A stretch of 64,000 nucleotides of DNA from Heterodontus francisci (GCF_036365525.1 NC_090404.1:8680001-8744000); one strand, 5' to 3'. Numbered from the stretch's first letter, positions 11,141-26,505 are shown. The notes: generated by a model from the sequence alone, not told the origin. Numbers and translations: made by a program.

Positions 11141-12345
11141 AAGAACAAAGATCAAAGAACAGTACAGCACAGGAACAGGCCATTCGGCCCTCCAAGCCTG
11201 CACCGATCTTGATGCCTGTCTAAACTAAAACCTTCTGCATTTCCGGGCACCATATCCCTCTATTCCCATCCTAATCATGTATTTGTCAAGATGCCTCTTG
11301 AACGTCGCTATCGTACCTGCTTCCACCACCTCTCCCGGCAGCAAGTTCCAGGCACTCACCACCCTCTGTGTAAAGAACTTGCCTCTCACATCCCCTCTAA
11401 ACTTTGCCCTTCGCGCCTTAAACCTATGTCCCCTAGTAACTGACTCCTCCACCCTGGGAAAAAGCTTCTGACTATCCACTCTGTCCATGCCGCTCATAAC
11501 TTTGCCAACCTCTATCATGTCGCCCCTCCACCTCCGTCGTTAAAGTGAAAACAATCTGAGTTTATCCGACCTCTCCTCATAGCTGATGCCCTCCAGACCA
11601 GGCAATATCCTGGTAAACATCTTCTGTACCCTCTCCAAAGCCTCCACGTCCTTCTGGTAGTGTGGCGACCAGAATTGCACGCAATATTCCAAGTGTGGCC
11701 TAAGTACGGTTCTGCACAGCTGCAACATGACTTGCCTATTTTTATACTCTATGCCCCGACCGATGAAGGCAAGCATGCCGTATGCCTTCTTGCCTACCTT
11801 ATCCACCTGCGTTGCCACTTTCAGTGACCTGTAGACCTGTACGCCCAGATCTCTCTGCCTGTCAATACTCCTAAGGGTTCTGCCATTTTCTGTATACTTC
11901 CCACCTGCATTAGATCTTCCAAAATGCATTACCTCACATTTGTCCGGATTAAACTCCATCTGCCATTTCTCCGCCCAAGTCTCCAACCGATCTATATCCT
12001 GCTGTATCCTCTGACAATCCTCATCACTGTCTGCAACTCCACCAACCTTTGTGTCGTCTGCAAACTTACTAATCAGACCAGCTACAGTTTCCTCCAAATC
12101 ATTTATTTATACGACAAAGAGCAAAGGTCCCAGCACTGATCCCTGCGGAACACCACTAGTCACATCACTCCATTCAGAAAAGCACCCTTCCACTGCTACC
12201 CTCTGTCTTCTATAACAGAGCCAGTTCTGTATCCATCTTGCCAGGTCACCTCTGATCTCGTGCGACTTCACCTTTTGTACCAATCTGCCATGAGGGACCT
12301 TGTCAAAGGCTTTACTAAAGTCCATATAGATAACAACCACTGCCC
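11141..12345 (-). mobile_element. Truncated CR1, unit 3
   Basis: RT remnant with an extra stop. Confidence 0.95.
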
Positions 12346-12753
12346 AGATTCAGCGCTGGTTTAAACCGACTTCACTGATGATTCACTTATTATTGACTAA
12401 CATAATAGTCCTGATTATCCTGTCCCGAACCTGCCTTCCTGCAATATGTAATGGGTGGGAAAGTGCCGCAGCTCTTATAGAAAGGCAGAGTTGTAGTATT
12501 TTCGAAAGAGACATTAATATTTAATTCCGTTCTTTACAAGTGGATATTCCACGTGACAACACTGCCTGCGGCAGCCCCGCCCACAGTTTCCGTTTGCTGC
12601 TCTCGCTCTGGCCCAATTTTGTTATTGGAGGGATTGCTGCCGCGGGTCCATTCTTCTCATTGGTTGCATCAGCAATGTAGTGGGACGGGGATCTGTATTT
12701 CTGCTCCGACAGAGAGTTTCCTGCACTGCAGAGTTACAGATTCAGGAAGTATC

Positions 12754-13253
12754 ATGGGGAACCGTCTCTCACCGCTTCTCATCTTTCTATCACTTCTCAG
12801 TAAGTATTTCCTTCCCAGTAAAAATCCATTCTCCCCCTGCTGCATTCTAGATGTTATTGTTGGTAAAATAATAGTGATGGTGATGGTGACTGTTATGTCA
12901 ATCAATATGAGGAAAATTCTGATTGCTGATATTACTATTTTTCTGTTAGAATGGAGCCACCAAGACACAGTGGAACAGTCGGTTGCTGAAAGAACGGTTG
13001 AAAAGGGATCGAAAGTCACACTAACCTGCACCTTGAAAACAAGCGATTCGAACCCTTATGTGTACTGGTACAGTCAGCACCCCGGGCTGCCTCCACACAA
13101 CATACTTCGTCTTATTGGAGGGAATCTATACAGGAACACGGGCATCACTGTTCGGTTCTCGGCTACGTTTAATAAAACTGCCAAGATTACCGAGCTAACG
13201 GTCAGCAACACCCTGATCTCCGACAGCGCCGTGTATTTCTGTGCCATGAGCCC
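12754..13253 (+). CDS. TCR V segment copy 4
   Basis: Open L and V; nonamer has lost one A (ACAAAACCC). Confidence 0.9.
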
Positions 13254-13701
13254 CACACTGCTGCAGAGATCTAGCAGATCCTGCACAAAACCCACACCGA
13301 GAGTTCCAGTTAGCGCTCACCAGAGGGCGCGCTTCCACCGATAAACAGAAACAATAATTCAGCCTCCACAGTGAGAGTCACAGAGAGATTCTTAAAGCTG
13401 CGACAGAGCACAAACCTCAACAACAGGCGAGGTGCACTTGTGCAGTTATCTTAGTCTGTGACTACAACTTGCATTTATCGTTAAAAAATGAACTTTACAA
13501 ATCGAAGTCAGCGATCTTTACTCACCTTTTATCTTTCGATGCTCTTTCCCTGCCTACTTGTTCCTGTCACACCCTGTGTCTACACTTGACCCAGTATTGT
13601 ATACATTTCCTTCTTACAGTCTTTAGTTTACAAATATAAATCTTTACTAAATTTCGGTACGTTAATTCAGAACCATTCCAACCCAGATGCCCACTGATTC
13701 A

Positions 13702-14906
13702 AAGAACAAAGATCAAAGAACAGTACAGCACAGGAACAGGCCATTCGGCCCTCCAAGCCTGCACCGATCTTGATGCCTGCCTAAACTAAAACCTTCTGCA
13801 TTTCCGGGCACCATATCCCTCTATTCCCATCCTAATCATGTATTTGTCAAGATGCCTCTTGAACGTCGCTATCGTACCTGCTTCCACCACCTCTCCCGGC
13901 AGCATGTTCCAGGCACTCACCACCCTTTGTGTAAAGAACTTGCCTCGCACATCCCCTCTAAACTTTGCCCCTCGCACCTTAAACCTATGTCCCCTAGTAA
14001 CTGACTCCTCCACCCTGGGAAAAAGCTTCTGACTATCCACTCTGTCCATGCCGCTCATAACTTTGTAAACCTCTATCACGTCACCCCTCCACCTCCGTCG
14101 TTCCAGTGAAAACAATCCGAGTTTATCCAACCTCTCCTCATAGCTGATGCCCTCCAGACCAGGCAATATCCTGGTAAACATCTTCTGTACCCTCTCCAAA
14201 GCCTCCACGTCCTTCTGGTAGTGTGGCGACCAGAATTGCACGCAATATTCCAAGTGTGGCCTAAGTAAGGTTCTGTACAGCTGCAACATGACTTGCCTAT
14301 TTTTATACTCTATGCCCCGACCGATGAAGGCAAGCATGCCGTATGCCTTCTTGCCTACCTTATCCACCTGCGTTGCCACTTTCAGTGACCTGTGGACCTG
14401 TACGCCCAGATCTCTCTGCCTGTCAATACTCCTAAGGGTTCTGCCATTTACTGTATACTTCCCACCTGCATTAGATCTTCCAAAATGCATTACTTTACAT
14501 TTGTCCGGATTAAACTCCATCTGCCATTTCTCCGCCCAAGTCTCCAACCGATCTATTTCCTGCTGTTTCCTCTGACAATCCTCATCACTGTCTGCAACTC
14601 CACCAACCTTTGTGTCGTCTGCAAACTTACTAATCAGACCAGCTACATTTTCCTCCAAATCATTTATTTATCCGACAAAGAGCAAAGGTCCCAGCACTGA
14701 TCCCTGCGGAACACCACTAGTCACATCACTCCATTCAGAAAAGCACCCTTCCACTGCTACCCTCTGTCTTCTATAACAGAGCCAGTTCTGTATCCATCTT
14801 GCCAGCTCACCTCTGATCTCGTGTGACTTCACCTTTTGTACCAATCTGCCATGAGGGACCTTGTCAAAGGCTTTACTAAAGTCCATATAGATAACATCCA
14901 CTGCCC
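13702..14906 (-). mobile_element. Truncated CR1, unit 4
   Basis: RT remnant. Confidence 0.95.
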
Positions 14907-15314
14907 AGATTCAGCGCTGGTTTAAACCGACTTCACTGATGATTCACTTATTATTGACTAACATAATAGTCCTGATTATCCTGTCCCGAACCTGCCTTCC
15001 TACAATATGTAATGGATGGGAAAGTGCCGCAGCTCTTATAGAAAGGCAGAGTTGTAGTATTTTCGAAAGAGACATTAATATTTAATTCCGTTCTTTACAA
15101 GTGGATATTCCACGTGACAACACTGCCTGCGGCAGCCCCGCCCACAGTTTCCGTTTGCTGCTCTCGCTCTGACCCAATTTTGTTATTGAAGCGATTGCTG
15201 CCGCGGGTCCATTCTTCTCATTGGTTGGATCAGCATTGCAGTGGGACGGGGATCTGTATTTCTGCTCCGACAGAGAGTTTCCTGCACTGCAGAGTTACAG
15301 ATTCAGGAAGTATC

Positions 15315-15814
15315 ATGGGGAACCGTCTCTCACCGCTTCTCATCTTTCTATCACTTCTCAGTAAGTATTTCCTTCCCAGTAAAAATCCATTCTCCCCCTG
15401 CTGCATTCTAGACGTTATTGTTGGTAAAATAATAGTGATGGTGATGGTGACTGTTATGTCAATCAATATGAGGAAAATTCTGATTGCTGATATTACTATT
15501 TTTCTGTTAGAATGGAGCCACCAAGACACAGTGGAACAGTCGGTTGCTGAAAGAACGGTTGAAAAGGGATCGAAAGTCACTCTCACCTGCACCTTGAAAA
15601 CAAGCGATTCGAACCCTTATGTGTACTGGTACAGTCAGCACCCCGGGCAGCCTCCACACAACATACTTCGTCTTATTGGAGGGAATCTATACAGGAACAC
15701 CGGCATCACTGTTCGGTTCTCGGCTACGTTTAATAAAACTGCCAAGATTACCGAGCTAACGGTCAGCAACACCCTGATCTCCGACAGCGCCGTGTATTTC
15801 TGTGCCATGAGCCC
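15315..15814 (+). CDS. TCR V segment copy 5
   Basis: Open L and V; RSS follows. Confidence 0.92.
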
Positions 15815-16264
15815 CACACTGCTGCAGAGATCTAGCAGATCCTGTACAAAAACCCACACTGAGAGTTCCAGTTAGCGCTCACCAGAGGGCGCGCTTGCAC
15901 CGATAAACAGAAACAATAATTCAGCCTCCACAGTGAGAGACACAGAGAGATTCTTAAAACTGCGACAGAGCACAAACCTCAACAACAGGCGAGGTCCACT
16001 TGTGCAGTTATCTTAGTCTGTGACTACAACTTGCATTTATCATTAAAAAAATGAGCTTTACAAATCGAAGTCAGCGATCTTTACTCACCTTTTATCTTTC
16101 GATGCTCTTTCCCTGCCTACTTGTTCCTGTCACACCCTGTCTCGACACTTGACCCAGTATTGTATACATTTCCTTCTTACAGTCTTTAGTTTACAAATAT
16201 AAATCTTTACTAAATTTCGGTACGTTAATTCAGAACCATTCCAACCCAGATGCCCACTGATTCA

Positions 16265-17469
16265 AAGAACAAAGATCAAAGAACAGTACAGCACAGGAAC
16301 AGGCCATTCGGCCCTCCAAGCCTCCACCGATCTTGATGCCTGCCTAAACTAAAACCTTCTGCATTTCCGGGCACCATATCCCTCTATTCCCATCCTAATC
16401 ATGTATTTGTCAAGATGCCTCTTGAACGTCGCTATCGTACCTGCTTCCACCACCTCTCCCGGCAGCAAGTTCCAGGCACTCACCACCCTCTGTGTAAAGA
16501 ACGTGCCTCGCACATCCCCTCTAAACTTTGCCCCTCGCACCTTAAACCTATGTCACCTAGTAACTGACTCCTCCACCCTGGGAAAAAGATTCTGACTATC
16601 CACTCTGTCCATGCCGCTCATAACTTTGTAAACCTCTATCATGTCGCCCCTCCACCTCCGTCGTTCCAGTGAAAACAATCCGAGTTTATCCAACCTCTCC
16701 TCATAGCTGATGCCCTCCAGACCAGGCAATATCCTGGTAAACATCTTCTGTACCCTCTCCAAAGCCTCCACGTCCTTCTGGTAGTGTGGCGACCAGAATT
16801 GCACGCAATATTCCAAGTGTGGCCTAAGTACGGTTCTGTACAGCTGCAACATGACTTGCCTATTTTTATACTCTATGCCCCGACCGATGAAGGCAAGCAT
16901 GCCGTATGCCTTCTTGCCTACCTTATCCACCTGCGTTGCCACTTTCAGTGACCTGTAGACCTGTATGCCCAGATCTCTCTGCCTGTCAATACTCCTAAGG
17001 TTTCTGCCATTTTCTGTATACTTCCCACCTGCATTAGATCTTCCAAAATGCATTACCTCACATTTGTCCGGATTAAACACCATCTGCCATTTCTCCGCCC
17101 AAGTCTCCAACCGATCTATATCCTGCTGTATCCTCTGACAATCCTCATCACTGTCTGCAACTCCACCAACCTTTGTGTCGTCTGCAAACTTACTAATCAG
17201 ACCAGCTACATTTTCCTCCAAATCATTTATTTATACGACAAAGAGCAAAGGTCCCAGCACTGATCCCTGCGGAACACCACTAGTCACATCACTCCATTCA
17301 GAAAAGCACCCTTCCACTGCTACCCTCTGTCTTCTATAACAGAGCCAGTTCTGTTTCCATCTTGCCAGCTCACCTCTGATCTCGTGTGACTTCACCTTTT
17401 GTACCAGTCTGCCATGAGGGACCTTGTCAAAGTCTTTACTAAAGTCCATATAGATAACAACCACTGCCC
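16265..17469 (-). mobile_element. Truncated CR1, unit 5
   Basis: RT remnant. Confidence 0.95.
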
Positions 17470-17877
17470 AGATTCAGCGCTGGTTTAAACCGACTTCACT
17501 GATGATTCACTTATTATTGACTAACATAATAGTCCTGATTATCCTGTCCCGAACCTGCCTTCCTGCAATATGTAATGGATGGGAAAGTGCCGCAGCTCTT
17601 ATAGAAAGGTAGAGTTGTAGTATTTTCGACAGAGACATTAATATTTAATTCCGTTCCTTCCAAGTGGATATTCCACGTGACAACACTGCCTGCGGCAGCC
17701 CCGCCCACAGTTTCCGTTTGCTGCTCTCGCTCTGACCCAATTTTGTTATTGGAGGGATTGCTGCCGCGGGTCCATTCTTCTCATTGGTTGCATCAGCAGT
17801 GCAGTGGGACGGGGATCTGTATTTCTGCTCCAACAGAGAGTTTCCTGCACTGCAGAGTTACAGATTCAGGAAGTATC

Positions 17878-18377
17878 ATGGGGAACCGTCTCTCACCGCT
17901 TCTCATCTTTCTATCACTTCTCAGTAAGTATTTCCTTCCCAGTAAAAATCCATTCTCCCCCTGCTGCATTCTAGACGTTATTGTTGGTAAAATAATAGTG
18001 ATGGTGATGGTGACTGTTATGTCAATCAATATGAGGAAAATTCTGATTGCTGATATTACTATTTTTCTGTTAGAATGGAGCCACCAAGACACAGTGGAAC
18101 AGTCGGTTGCTGAAAGAACGGTTGAAAAGGGATCGAAAGTCACACTAACCTGCACCTTGAAAACAAGCGATTCGAACCCTTATGTGTACTGGTACAGTCA
18201 GCGCCCCGGGCAGCCTCCACACAACATACTTCGTCTTATTGTAGGGAATCTATACAGGAACACGGGCATAACTGTTCGGTTCTCGGCTACGTTTAATAAA
18301 ACTGCCAAGATTACCGAGCTAACGGTCAGCAACACCCTGATCTCCGACAGCGCCGTGTATTTCTGTGCCATGAGCCC
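17878..18377 (+). CDS. TCR V segment copy 6
   Basis: Open L and V; CDR2 region LIVGNLY. Confidence 0.92.
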
Positions 18378-18824
18378 CACACTGCTGCAGAGATATCGCA
18401 GATCCTGCACAAAAACCCACACCGTGAGTTCCAGTTAGCGCTCACCAGAGGGCGCGCTTGCACCGATAAACAGAAACAATAATTCAGCCTCCACAGTGAG
18501 AGACAGAGAGATTCTTAAAACTGCGACAGAGCACAAACCTCAACAACAGGCGAGGTGCACTTGTGCAGTTATCTTAGTCTGTGACTACAACTTGCATTTA
18601 TCGTTAAAAAATGAACTTTACAAATCGAAGTCAGCGATCTTTACTCACCTTTTATCTTTCGATGCTCTTTCCCTGCCTACTTGTTCCTGTCACACCCTGT
18701 CTCGACACTTGACCCAGTATTGTATACATTTCCTTCTTACAGTCTTTAGTTTACAAATATAAATCTTTACTAAATTTCGGTACGTTAATTCAGAACCATT
18801 CCAACCCAGATGCCCACTGATTCA

Positions 18825-20029
18825 AAGAACAAAGATCAAAGAACAGTACAGCACAGGAACAGGCCATTCGGTCCTCCAAGCCTGCACCGATCTTGATGCC
18901 TGTCTAAACTAAAACCTTCTGCATTTCCGGGCACCATATCCCTCCATTCCCATCCTAATCATGTATTTGTCAAGATGCCTCTTGAACGTCGCTATCGTAC
19001 CTGCTTCCACCACCTCTCCCGGCAGCAAGTTCCAGGCACTCACCACCCTCTGTGTAAAGAACGTGCCTCGCACACCCCCTCTAAACTTTGCCCCTCGCAC
19101 CTTAAACCTATGTCACCTAGTAACTGACTCCTCCACCCTGGGAAAAAGCATCTGACTATCCACTCTGTCCATGCCGCTCATAACTTTGCAAACCTCTATC
19201 ACGTCACCCCTCCAACTCCGTCGTTCCAGTGAAAACAATCCGAGTTTATCCAACCTCTCCTCATAGCTGATGCCCTCCAGACCAGGCAATATCCTGGTAA
19301 ACATCTTCTGTACCCTCTCCAAAGCCTCCACGTCCTTCTGGTAGTGTGGCGACCAGAATTGCACGCAATATTCCAAGTGTGGCCTAAGTACGGTTCTGTA
19401 CAGCTGCAACATGACTTGCCTATTTTTATACTCTATGCCCCGACCGATGAAGGCAAGCATGCCGTATGCCTTCTTGCCTACCTTATCCACCTGCGTTGCC
19501 ACTTTCAGTGACCTGTAGACCTGTATGCCCAGATCTCTCTGCCTGTCAATACTCCTAAGGGTTCTGCCATTTTCTGTATACTTCCCACCTGCATTAGATC
19601 TTCCAAAATGCATTACCTCACATTTGTCCGGATTAAACTCCATCTGCCATTTCTCCGCCCAAGTCTCCAACCGATCTATATCCTGCTGTATCCTCTGACA
19701 ATCCTCATCACTGTCTGCAACTCCACCAACCTTTGTGTCGTCTGCAAACTTACTAATCAGCCCAGCAACATTTTCCTCCAAATCATTTATTTATCCGACA
19801 AAGAGCAAAGGTCCCAGCACTGATCCCTGCGGAACACCACTAGTCACATCACTCCATTCAGAAAAGCACCCTTCCACTGCTACCCTCTGTCTTCTATAAC
19901 AGAGCCAGTTCTGTATCCATCTTGCCAGGTCACCTCTGATCTCGTGCGACTTCACCTTTTGTACCAATCTGCCATGAGGGACCTTGTCAAAGGCTTTACT
20001 AAAGTCCATATAGATAACATCCACTGCCC
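18825..20029 (-). mobile_element. Truncated CR1, unit 6
   Basis: RT remnant. Confidence 0.95.
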
Positions 20030-20437
20030 AGATTCAGCGCTGGTTTAAACCGACTTCACTGATGATTCACTTATTATTGACTAACATAATAGTCCTGATT
20101 ATCCTGTCCCGAACCTGCCTTCCTGCAATATGTAATGGATGGGAAAGTGCCGCAGCTCTTATAGAAAGGCAGAGTTGTAGTATTTTCGAAAGAGACATTA
20201 ATATTTAATTCCGTTCCTTCCAAGTGGATATTCCACGTGACAACACTGCCTGCGGCAGCCCCGCCCACAGTTTCCGTTTGCTGCTCTCGCTCTGACCCAA
20301 TTTTGTTATTGGAGGGATTGCTGCCGCGGGTCCATTCTTCTCATTGGTTGCATCAGCAATGTAGTGGGACGGGGATCTGTATTTCTGCTCCGACAGAGAG
20401 TTTCCTGCACTGCAGAGTTACAGATTCAGGAAGTATC

Positions 20438-20937
20438 ATGGGGAACCGTCTCTCACCGCTTCTCATCTTTCTATCACTTCTCAGTAAGTATTTCCTTCCC
20501 AGTAAAAATCCATTCTCCCCCTGCTGCATTCTAGACGTTATTGTTGGTAAAATAATAGTGATGGTGATGGTGACTGTTATGTCAATCAATATGAGGCAAA
20601 TTCTGATTGCTGATATTACTATTTTTCTGTTAGAATGGAGCCACCAAGACACAGTGGAACAGTCGGTTGCTGAAAGAACGGTTGAAAAGGGATCGAAAGT
20701 CACACTAACCTGCACCTTGAAAACAAGCGATTCGAACCCTTATGTGTACTGGTACAGTCAGCACCCCGGGCAGCCTCCACACAACATACTTCGTCTTATT
20801 GGAGGGAATCTATACAGGAACACGGGCATCACTGTTCGGTTCTCGGCTACGTTTAATAAAACTGCCAAGATTACCGAGCTAACGGTCAGCAACACCCTGA
20901 TCTCCGACAGCGCCGTGTATTTCTGTGCCATGAGCCC
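20438..20937 (+). CDS. TCR V segment copy 7
   Basis: Open L and V; RSS follows. Confidence 0.92.
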
Positions 20938-21386
20938 CACACTGCTGCAGAGATCTAGCAGATCCTGTACAAAAACCCACACCGAGAGTTCCAGTTAGCG
21001 CTCACCAGAGGGCGCGCTTCCACCGATAAACAGAAACAATAATTCAGCCTCCACAGTGAGAGTCACAGAGAGATTCTTAAAACTGCGACAGAGCACAAAC
21101 CTCAACAACAGGCGAGGTGCACTTGTGCAGTTATCTTAGTCTGTGACTACAACTTGCATTTATCGTTAAAAAATGAACTTTACAAATCGAGGTCAGCGAT
21201 CTTTACTCACCTTTTATCTTTCGATGCTCTTTCCCTGCCTACTTGTTCCTGTCACACCCTGTGTCTACACTTGACCCAGTATTGTATACATTTCCTTCTT
21301 ACAGTCTTTAGTTTACAAATATAAATCTTTACTAAATTTCGGTACGTTAATTCAGAACCATTCCAACCCAGATGCCCACTGATTCA

Positions 21387-22591
21387 AAGAACAAAGATCA
21401 AAGAACAGTACAGCACAGGAACAGGCCATTCGGCCCTCCAAGCCTGCACCGATCTTGATGCCTGCCTAAACTAAAACCTTCTGCATTTCCGGGCACCATA
21501 TCCCTCTATTCCCATCCTAATCATGTATTTGTCAAGATGCCTCTTGAACGTCGCTATCGTACCTGCTTCCACCACCTCTCCCGGCAGCAAGTTCCAGGCA
21601 CTCACCACCCTCTGTGTAAAGAACTTGCCTCGCACATCCCCTCTAAACTTTGCCCCTCGCACCTTAAACCTATGTCCCCTAGTAACTGACTCCTCCACCC
21701 TGGGAAAAAGCTTCTGACTATCCACTCTGTCCATGCCACTCATAACTTTGTAAACCTCTATCACGTCACCCCTCCACCTCCGTCGTTCCAGTGAAAACAA
21801 TCCGAGTTTATCCAACCTCTCCTCATAGCTGATGCCCTCCAGACCAGGCAATATCCTGGTAAACATCTTCTGTACCCTCTCCAAAGCCTCCACGTCCTTC
21901 TGGTAGTGTGGCGACCAGAATTGCACGCAATATTCCAAGTGTGGCCTAAGTAAGGTTCTGTACAGCTGCAACATGACTTGCCTATTTTTATACTCTATGC
22001 CCCGACCGATGAAGGCAAGCATGCCGTATGCCTTCTTGCCTACCTTATCCACCTGCGTTGCCACTTTCAGTGACCTGTGGACCTGTACGCCCAGATCTCT
22101 CTGCCTGTCAATACTCCTAAGGGTTCTGCCATTTTCTGTATACTTCCCACCTGCATTAGATCTTCCAAAATGCATTACTTTACATTTGTCCGGATTAAAC
22201 TCCATCTGCCATTTCTCCGCCCAAGTCTCCAACCGATCTATTTCCTGCTGTTTCCTCTGACAATCCTCATCACTGTCTGCAACTCCACCAACCTTTGTGT
22301 CGTCCGCAAACTTACTAATCAGCCCAGCTACATTTTCCTCCAAATCATTTATTTATACGACAAAGAGCAAAGGTCCCAGCACTGATCCCTGCGGAACACC
22401 ACTAGTCACATCACTCCATTCAGAAAAGCACCCTTCCACTGCTACCCTCTGTCTTCTATAACAGAGCCAGTTCTGTATCCATCTTGCCAGCTCACCTCTG
22501 ATCTCGTGTGACTTCACCTTTTGTACCAATCTGCCATGAGGGACCTTGTCAAAGGCTTTACTAAAGTCCATATAGATAGCATCCACTGCCC
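21387..22591 (-). mobile_element. Truncated CR1, unit 7
   Basis: RT remnant. Confidence 0.95.
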
Positions 22592-22999
22592 AGATTCAGC
22601 GCTGGTTTAAACCGACTTCACTGATGATTCACTTATTATTGACTAACATAATAGTCCTGATTATCCTGTCCCGAACCTGCCTTCCTACAATATGTAATGG
22701 ATGGGAAAGTGCCGCAGCTCTTATAGAAAGGCAGAGTTGTAGTATTTTCGACAGAGACATTAATATTTAATTCCGTTCCTTCCAAGTGGATATTCCACGT
22801 GACAACACTGCCTGCGGCAGCCCCGCCCACAGTTTCCGTTTGCTGCTCTCGCTCTGACCCAATTTTGTTATTGGAGGGATTGCTGCCGCGGGTCCATTCT
22901 TCTCATTGGTTGCATCAGCAATGTAGTGGGACGGGGATCTGTATTTCTGCTCCGACAGAGAGTTTCCTGCACTGCAGAGTTACAGATTCAGGAAGTATC

Positions 23000-23499
23000 A
23001 TGGGGAACCGTCTCTCACCGCTTCTCATCTTTCTATCACTTCTCAGTAAGTATTTCCTTCCCAGTAAAAATCCATTCTCCCCCTGCTGCATTCTAGACGT
23101 TATTGTTGGTAAAATAATAGTGATGGTGATGGTGACTGTTATGTCAATCAATATGAGGAAAATTCTGATTGCTGATATTACTATTTTTCTGTTAGAATGG
23201 AGCCACCAAGACACAGTGGAACAGTCGGTTGCTGAAAGAACGGTTGAAAAGGGATCGAAAGTCACACTAACCTGCACCTTGAAAACAAGCGATTCGAACC
23301 CTTATGTGTACTGGTACAGTCAGCACCCCGGGCAGCCTCCACACAACATACTTCGTCTTATTGGAGGGAATCTATACAGGAACACCGGCATCACTGTTCG
23401 GTTCTCGGCTACGTTTAATAAAACTGCCAAGATTACCGAGCTAACGGTCAGCAACACCCTGATCTCCGACAGCGCCGTGATTTTCTGTGCCATGAGCCC
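23000..23499 (+). CDS. TCR V segment copy 8 (open, but YFC changed to IFC)
   Basis: Open L and V; conserved Tyr of the YxC motif replaced by Ile. Confidence 0.85.
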
Positions 23500-23946
23500 C
23501 ACACTGCTGCAGAGATCGAGCAGATCCTGTACAAAAACCCACACCGAGAGTTCCAGTTAGCGCTCACCAGAGGGCGCGCTTGCACCGATAAACAGAAACA
23601 ATAATTCAGCCTCCACAATGAGTCACAGGGAGATTCTTAAAACTGCGACAGAGCACAAACCTCAACAACAGGCGAGGTGCACATGTGCAGTTATCTTAGT
23701 CTGTGACTACAACTTGCATTTATCGTTAAAAAATGAACTTTACAAATCGAAGTCAGCGATCTTTACTCACCTTTTATCTTTCGATGCTCTTTCCCTGCCT
23801 ACTTGTTCCTGTCACACCCTGTCTCGACACTTGACCCAGTATTGTATACATTTCCTTCTTACAGTCTTTAGTTTACAAATATAAATCTTTACTAAATTTC
23901 GGTACGTTAATTCAGAACCATTCCAACCCAGATGCCCACTGATTCA

Positions 23947-25150
23947 AAGAACAAAGATCAAATAACAGTACAGCACAGGAACAGGCCATTCGGCCCTCCA
24001 AGCCTGCACCGATCTTGATGCCTGCCTAAACTAAAACCTTCTGCATTTCCGGGCACCATATCCCTCTATTCCCATCCTAATCATGTATTTGTCAAGATGC
24101 CTCTTGAACGTCGCTATCGTACCTGCTTCCACCACCTCTCCCGGCAGCAAGTTCCAGGCACTCACCACCCTCTGTGTAAAGAACGTGCCTCGCACATCCC
24201 CTCTAAACTTTGCCCCACGCACCTTAAACCTATGTCACCTAGTAACTGACTCCTCCACCCTGGGAAAAAGCTTCTGACTATCCACTCTGTCCATGCCGCT
24301 CATAACTTTTTAAACCTCTATCATGTCGCCCCTCCACCTCCGTCGTTCCAGTGAAAACAATCCGAGTTTATCCAACCTCTCCTCATAGCTGATGCCCTCC
24401 AGACCAGGCAATATCCTGGTAAACATCTTCTGTACCCTCTCCAAAGCCTCCACGTCCTTCTGGTAGTGTGGCGACCAGAATTGCACGCAATATTCCAAGT
24501 GTGGCCTAAGTACGGTTCTGTACAGCTGCAACATGACTTGCCTATTTTTATTCTCTATGCCCCGACCGCTGAAGGCAAGCATGCCGTATGCCTTCTTGCC
24601 TACCTTATCCACCTGCGTTGCACTTTCAGTGACCTGTAGACCTGTATGCCCAGATCTCTCTGCCTGTCAATACTCCTAAGGGTTCTGCCATTTTCTGTAT
24701 ACTTCCCACCTGCATTAGATCTTCCAAAATGCATTACCTCACATTTGTCCGGATTAAACTCCATCTGCCATTTCTCCGCCCAAGTCTCCAACCGATCTAT
24801 ATCCTGCTGTATCCTCTGACAATCCTCATCACTGTCTGCAACTCCACCAACCTTTGTGTCGTCTGCAAACTTACTAATCAGACCAGCAACATTTTCCTCC
24901 AAATCATTTATTTATACGACAAAGAGCAAAGGTCCCAGCACTGATCCCTGCGGAACACCACTAGTCACATCACTCCATTCAGAAAAGCACCCTTCCACTG
25001 CTACCCTCTGTCTTCTATAACAGAGCCAGTTCTGTTTCCATCTTGCCAGCTCACCTCTGATCTCGTGTGACTTCACCTTTTGTACCAGTCTGCCATGAGG
25101 GACCTTGTCAAAGGCTTTACTAAAGTCCATATAGATAACATCCACTGCCC
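23947..25150 (-). mobile_element. Truncated CR1, unit 8
   Basis: RT remnant with frameshift and stops. Confidence 0.95.
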
Positions 25151-25558
25151 AGATTCAGCGCTGGTTTAAACCGACTTCACTGATGATTCACTTATTATTG
25201 ACTAACATAATAGTCCTGATTATCCTGTCCCGAACCTGCCTTCCTGCAATATGTAATGGATGGGAAAGTGCCGCAGCTCTTATAGAAAGGCAGAGTTGTA
25301 GTATTTTCGACAGAGACATTAATATTTAATTCCGTTCCTTCCAAGTGGATATTCCACGTGACAACACTGCCTGCGGCAGCCCCGCCCACAGTTTCCGTTT
25401 GCTGCTCTCGCTCTGACCCAATTTTGTTATTGGAGGGATTGCTGCCGCGGGTCCATTCTTCTCATTGGTTGGATCAGCAGTGCAGTGGGACGGGGATCTG
25501 TATTTCTGCTCCGACAGAGAGTTTCCTGCACTGCAGAGTTACAGATTCAGGAAGTATC

Positions 25559-26058
25559 ATGGGGAACCGTCTCTCACCGCTTCTCATCTTTCTATCACTT
25601 CTCAGTAAGTATTTCCTTCCCAGTAAAAATCCATTCTCCCCCTGCTGCATTCTAGATGTTATTGTTGGTAAAATAATAGTGATGGTGATGGTGACTGTTA
25701 TGTCAATCAATATGAGGAAAATTCTGATTGCTGATATTACTATTTTTCTGTTAGAATGGAGCCACCAAGACACAGTGGAACAGTCGGTTGCTGAAAGAAC
25801 GGTTGAAAAGGGATCGAAAGTCACACTAACCTGCACCTTGAAAACAAGCGATTCGAACCCTTATGTGTACTGGTACAGTCAGCGCCCCGGGCAGCCTCCA
25901 CACAACATACTTCGTCTTATTGGAGGGAATCTATACAGGAACACCGGCATCACTGTTCGGTTCTCGGCTACGTTTAATAAAACTGCCAAGATTACCGAGC
26001 TAACGGTCAGCAACACCCTGATCTCCGACAGCGCCGTGTATTTCTGTGCCATGAGCCC
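25559..26058 (+). CDS. TCR V segment copy 9
   Basis: Open L and V; RSS follows. Confidence 0.92.
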
Positions 26059-26505
26059 CACACTGCTGCAGAGATCTAGCAGATCCTGCACAAAAACCCA
26101 CACCGAGAGTTCCAGTTAGCGCTCACCAGAGGGCGCGCTTGCACCGATAAACAGAAACAATAATTCAGCCTCCACAGTGAGAGACAGAGAGATTCTTAAA
26201 ACTGCGACAGAGCACAAACCTCAACAACAGGCGAGGTGCACTTGTGCAGTTATCTTAGTCTGTGACTACAACTTGCATTTATCGTTAAAAAATGAACTTT
26301 ACAAATCGAGGTCAGCGATCTTTACTCACCTTTTATCTTTCGATGCTCTTTCCCTGCCCACTTGTTCCTGTCACACCCTGTCTCGACACTTGACCCAGTA
26401 TTGTATACATTTCCTTCTTACAGTCTTTAGTTTACAAATATAAATCTTTACTAAATTTCGGTACGTTAATTCAGAACCATTCCAACCCAGATGCCCACTG
26501 ATTCA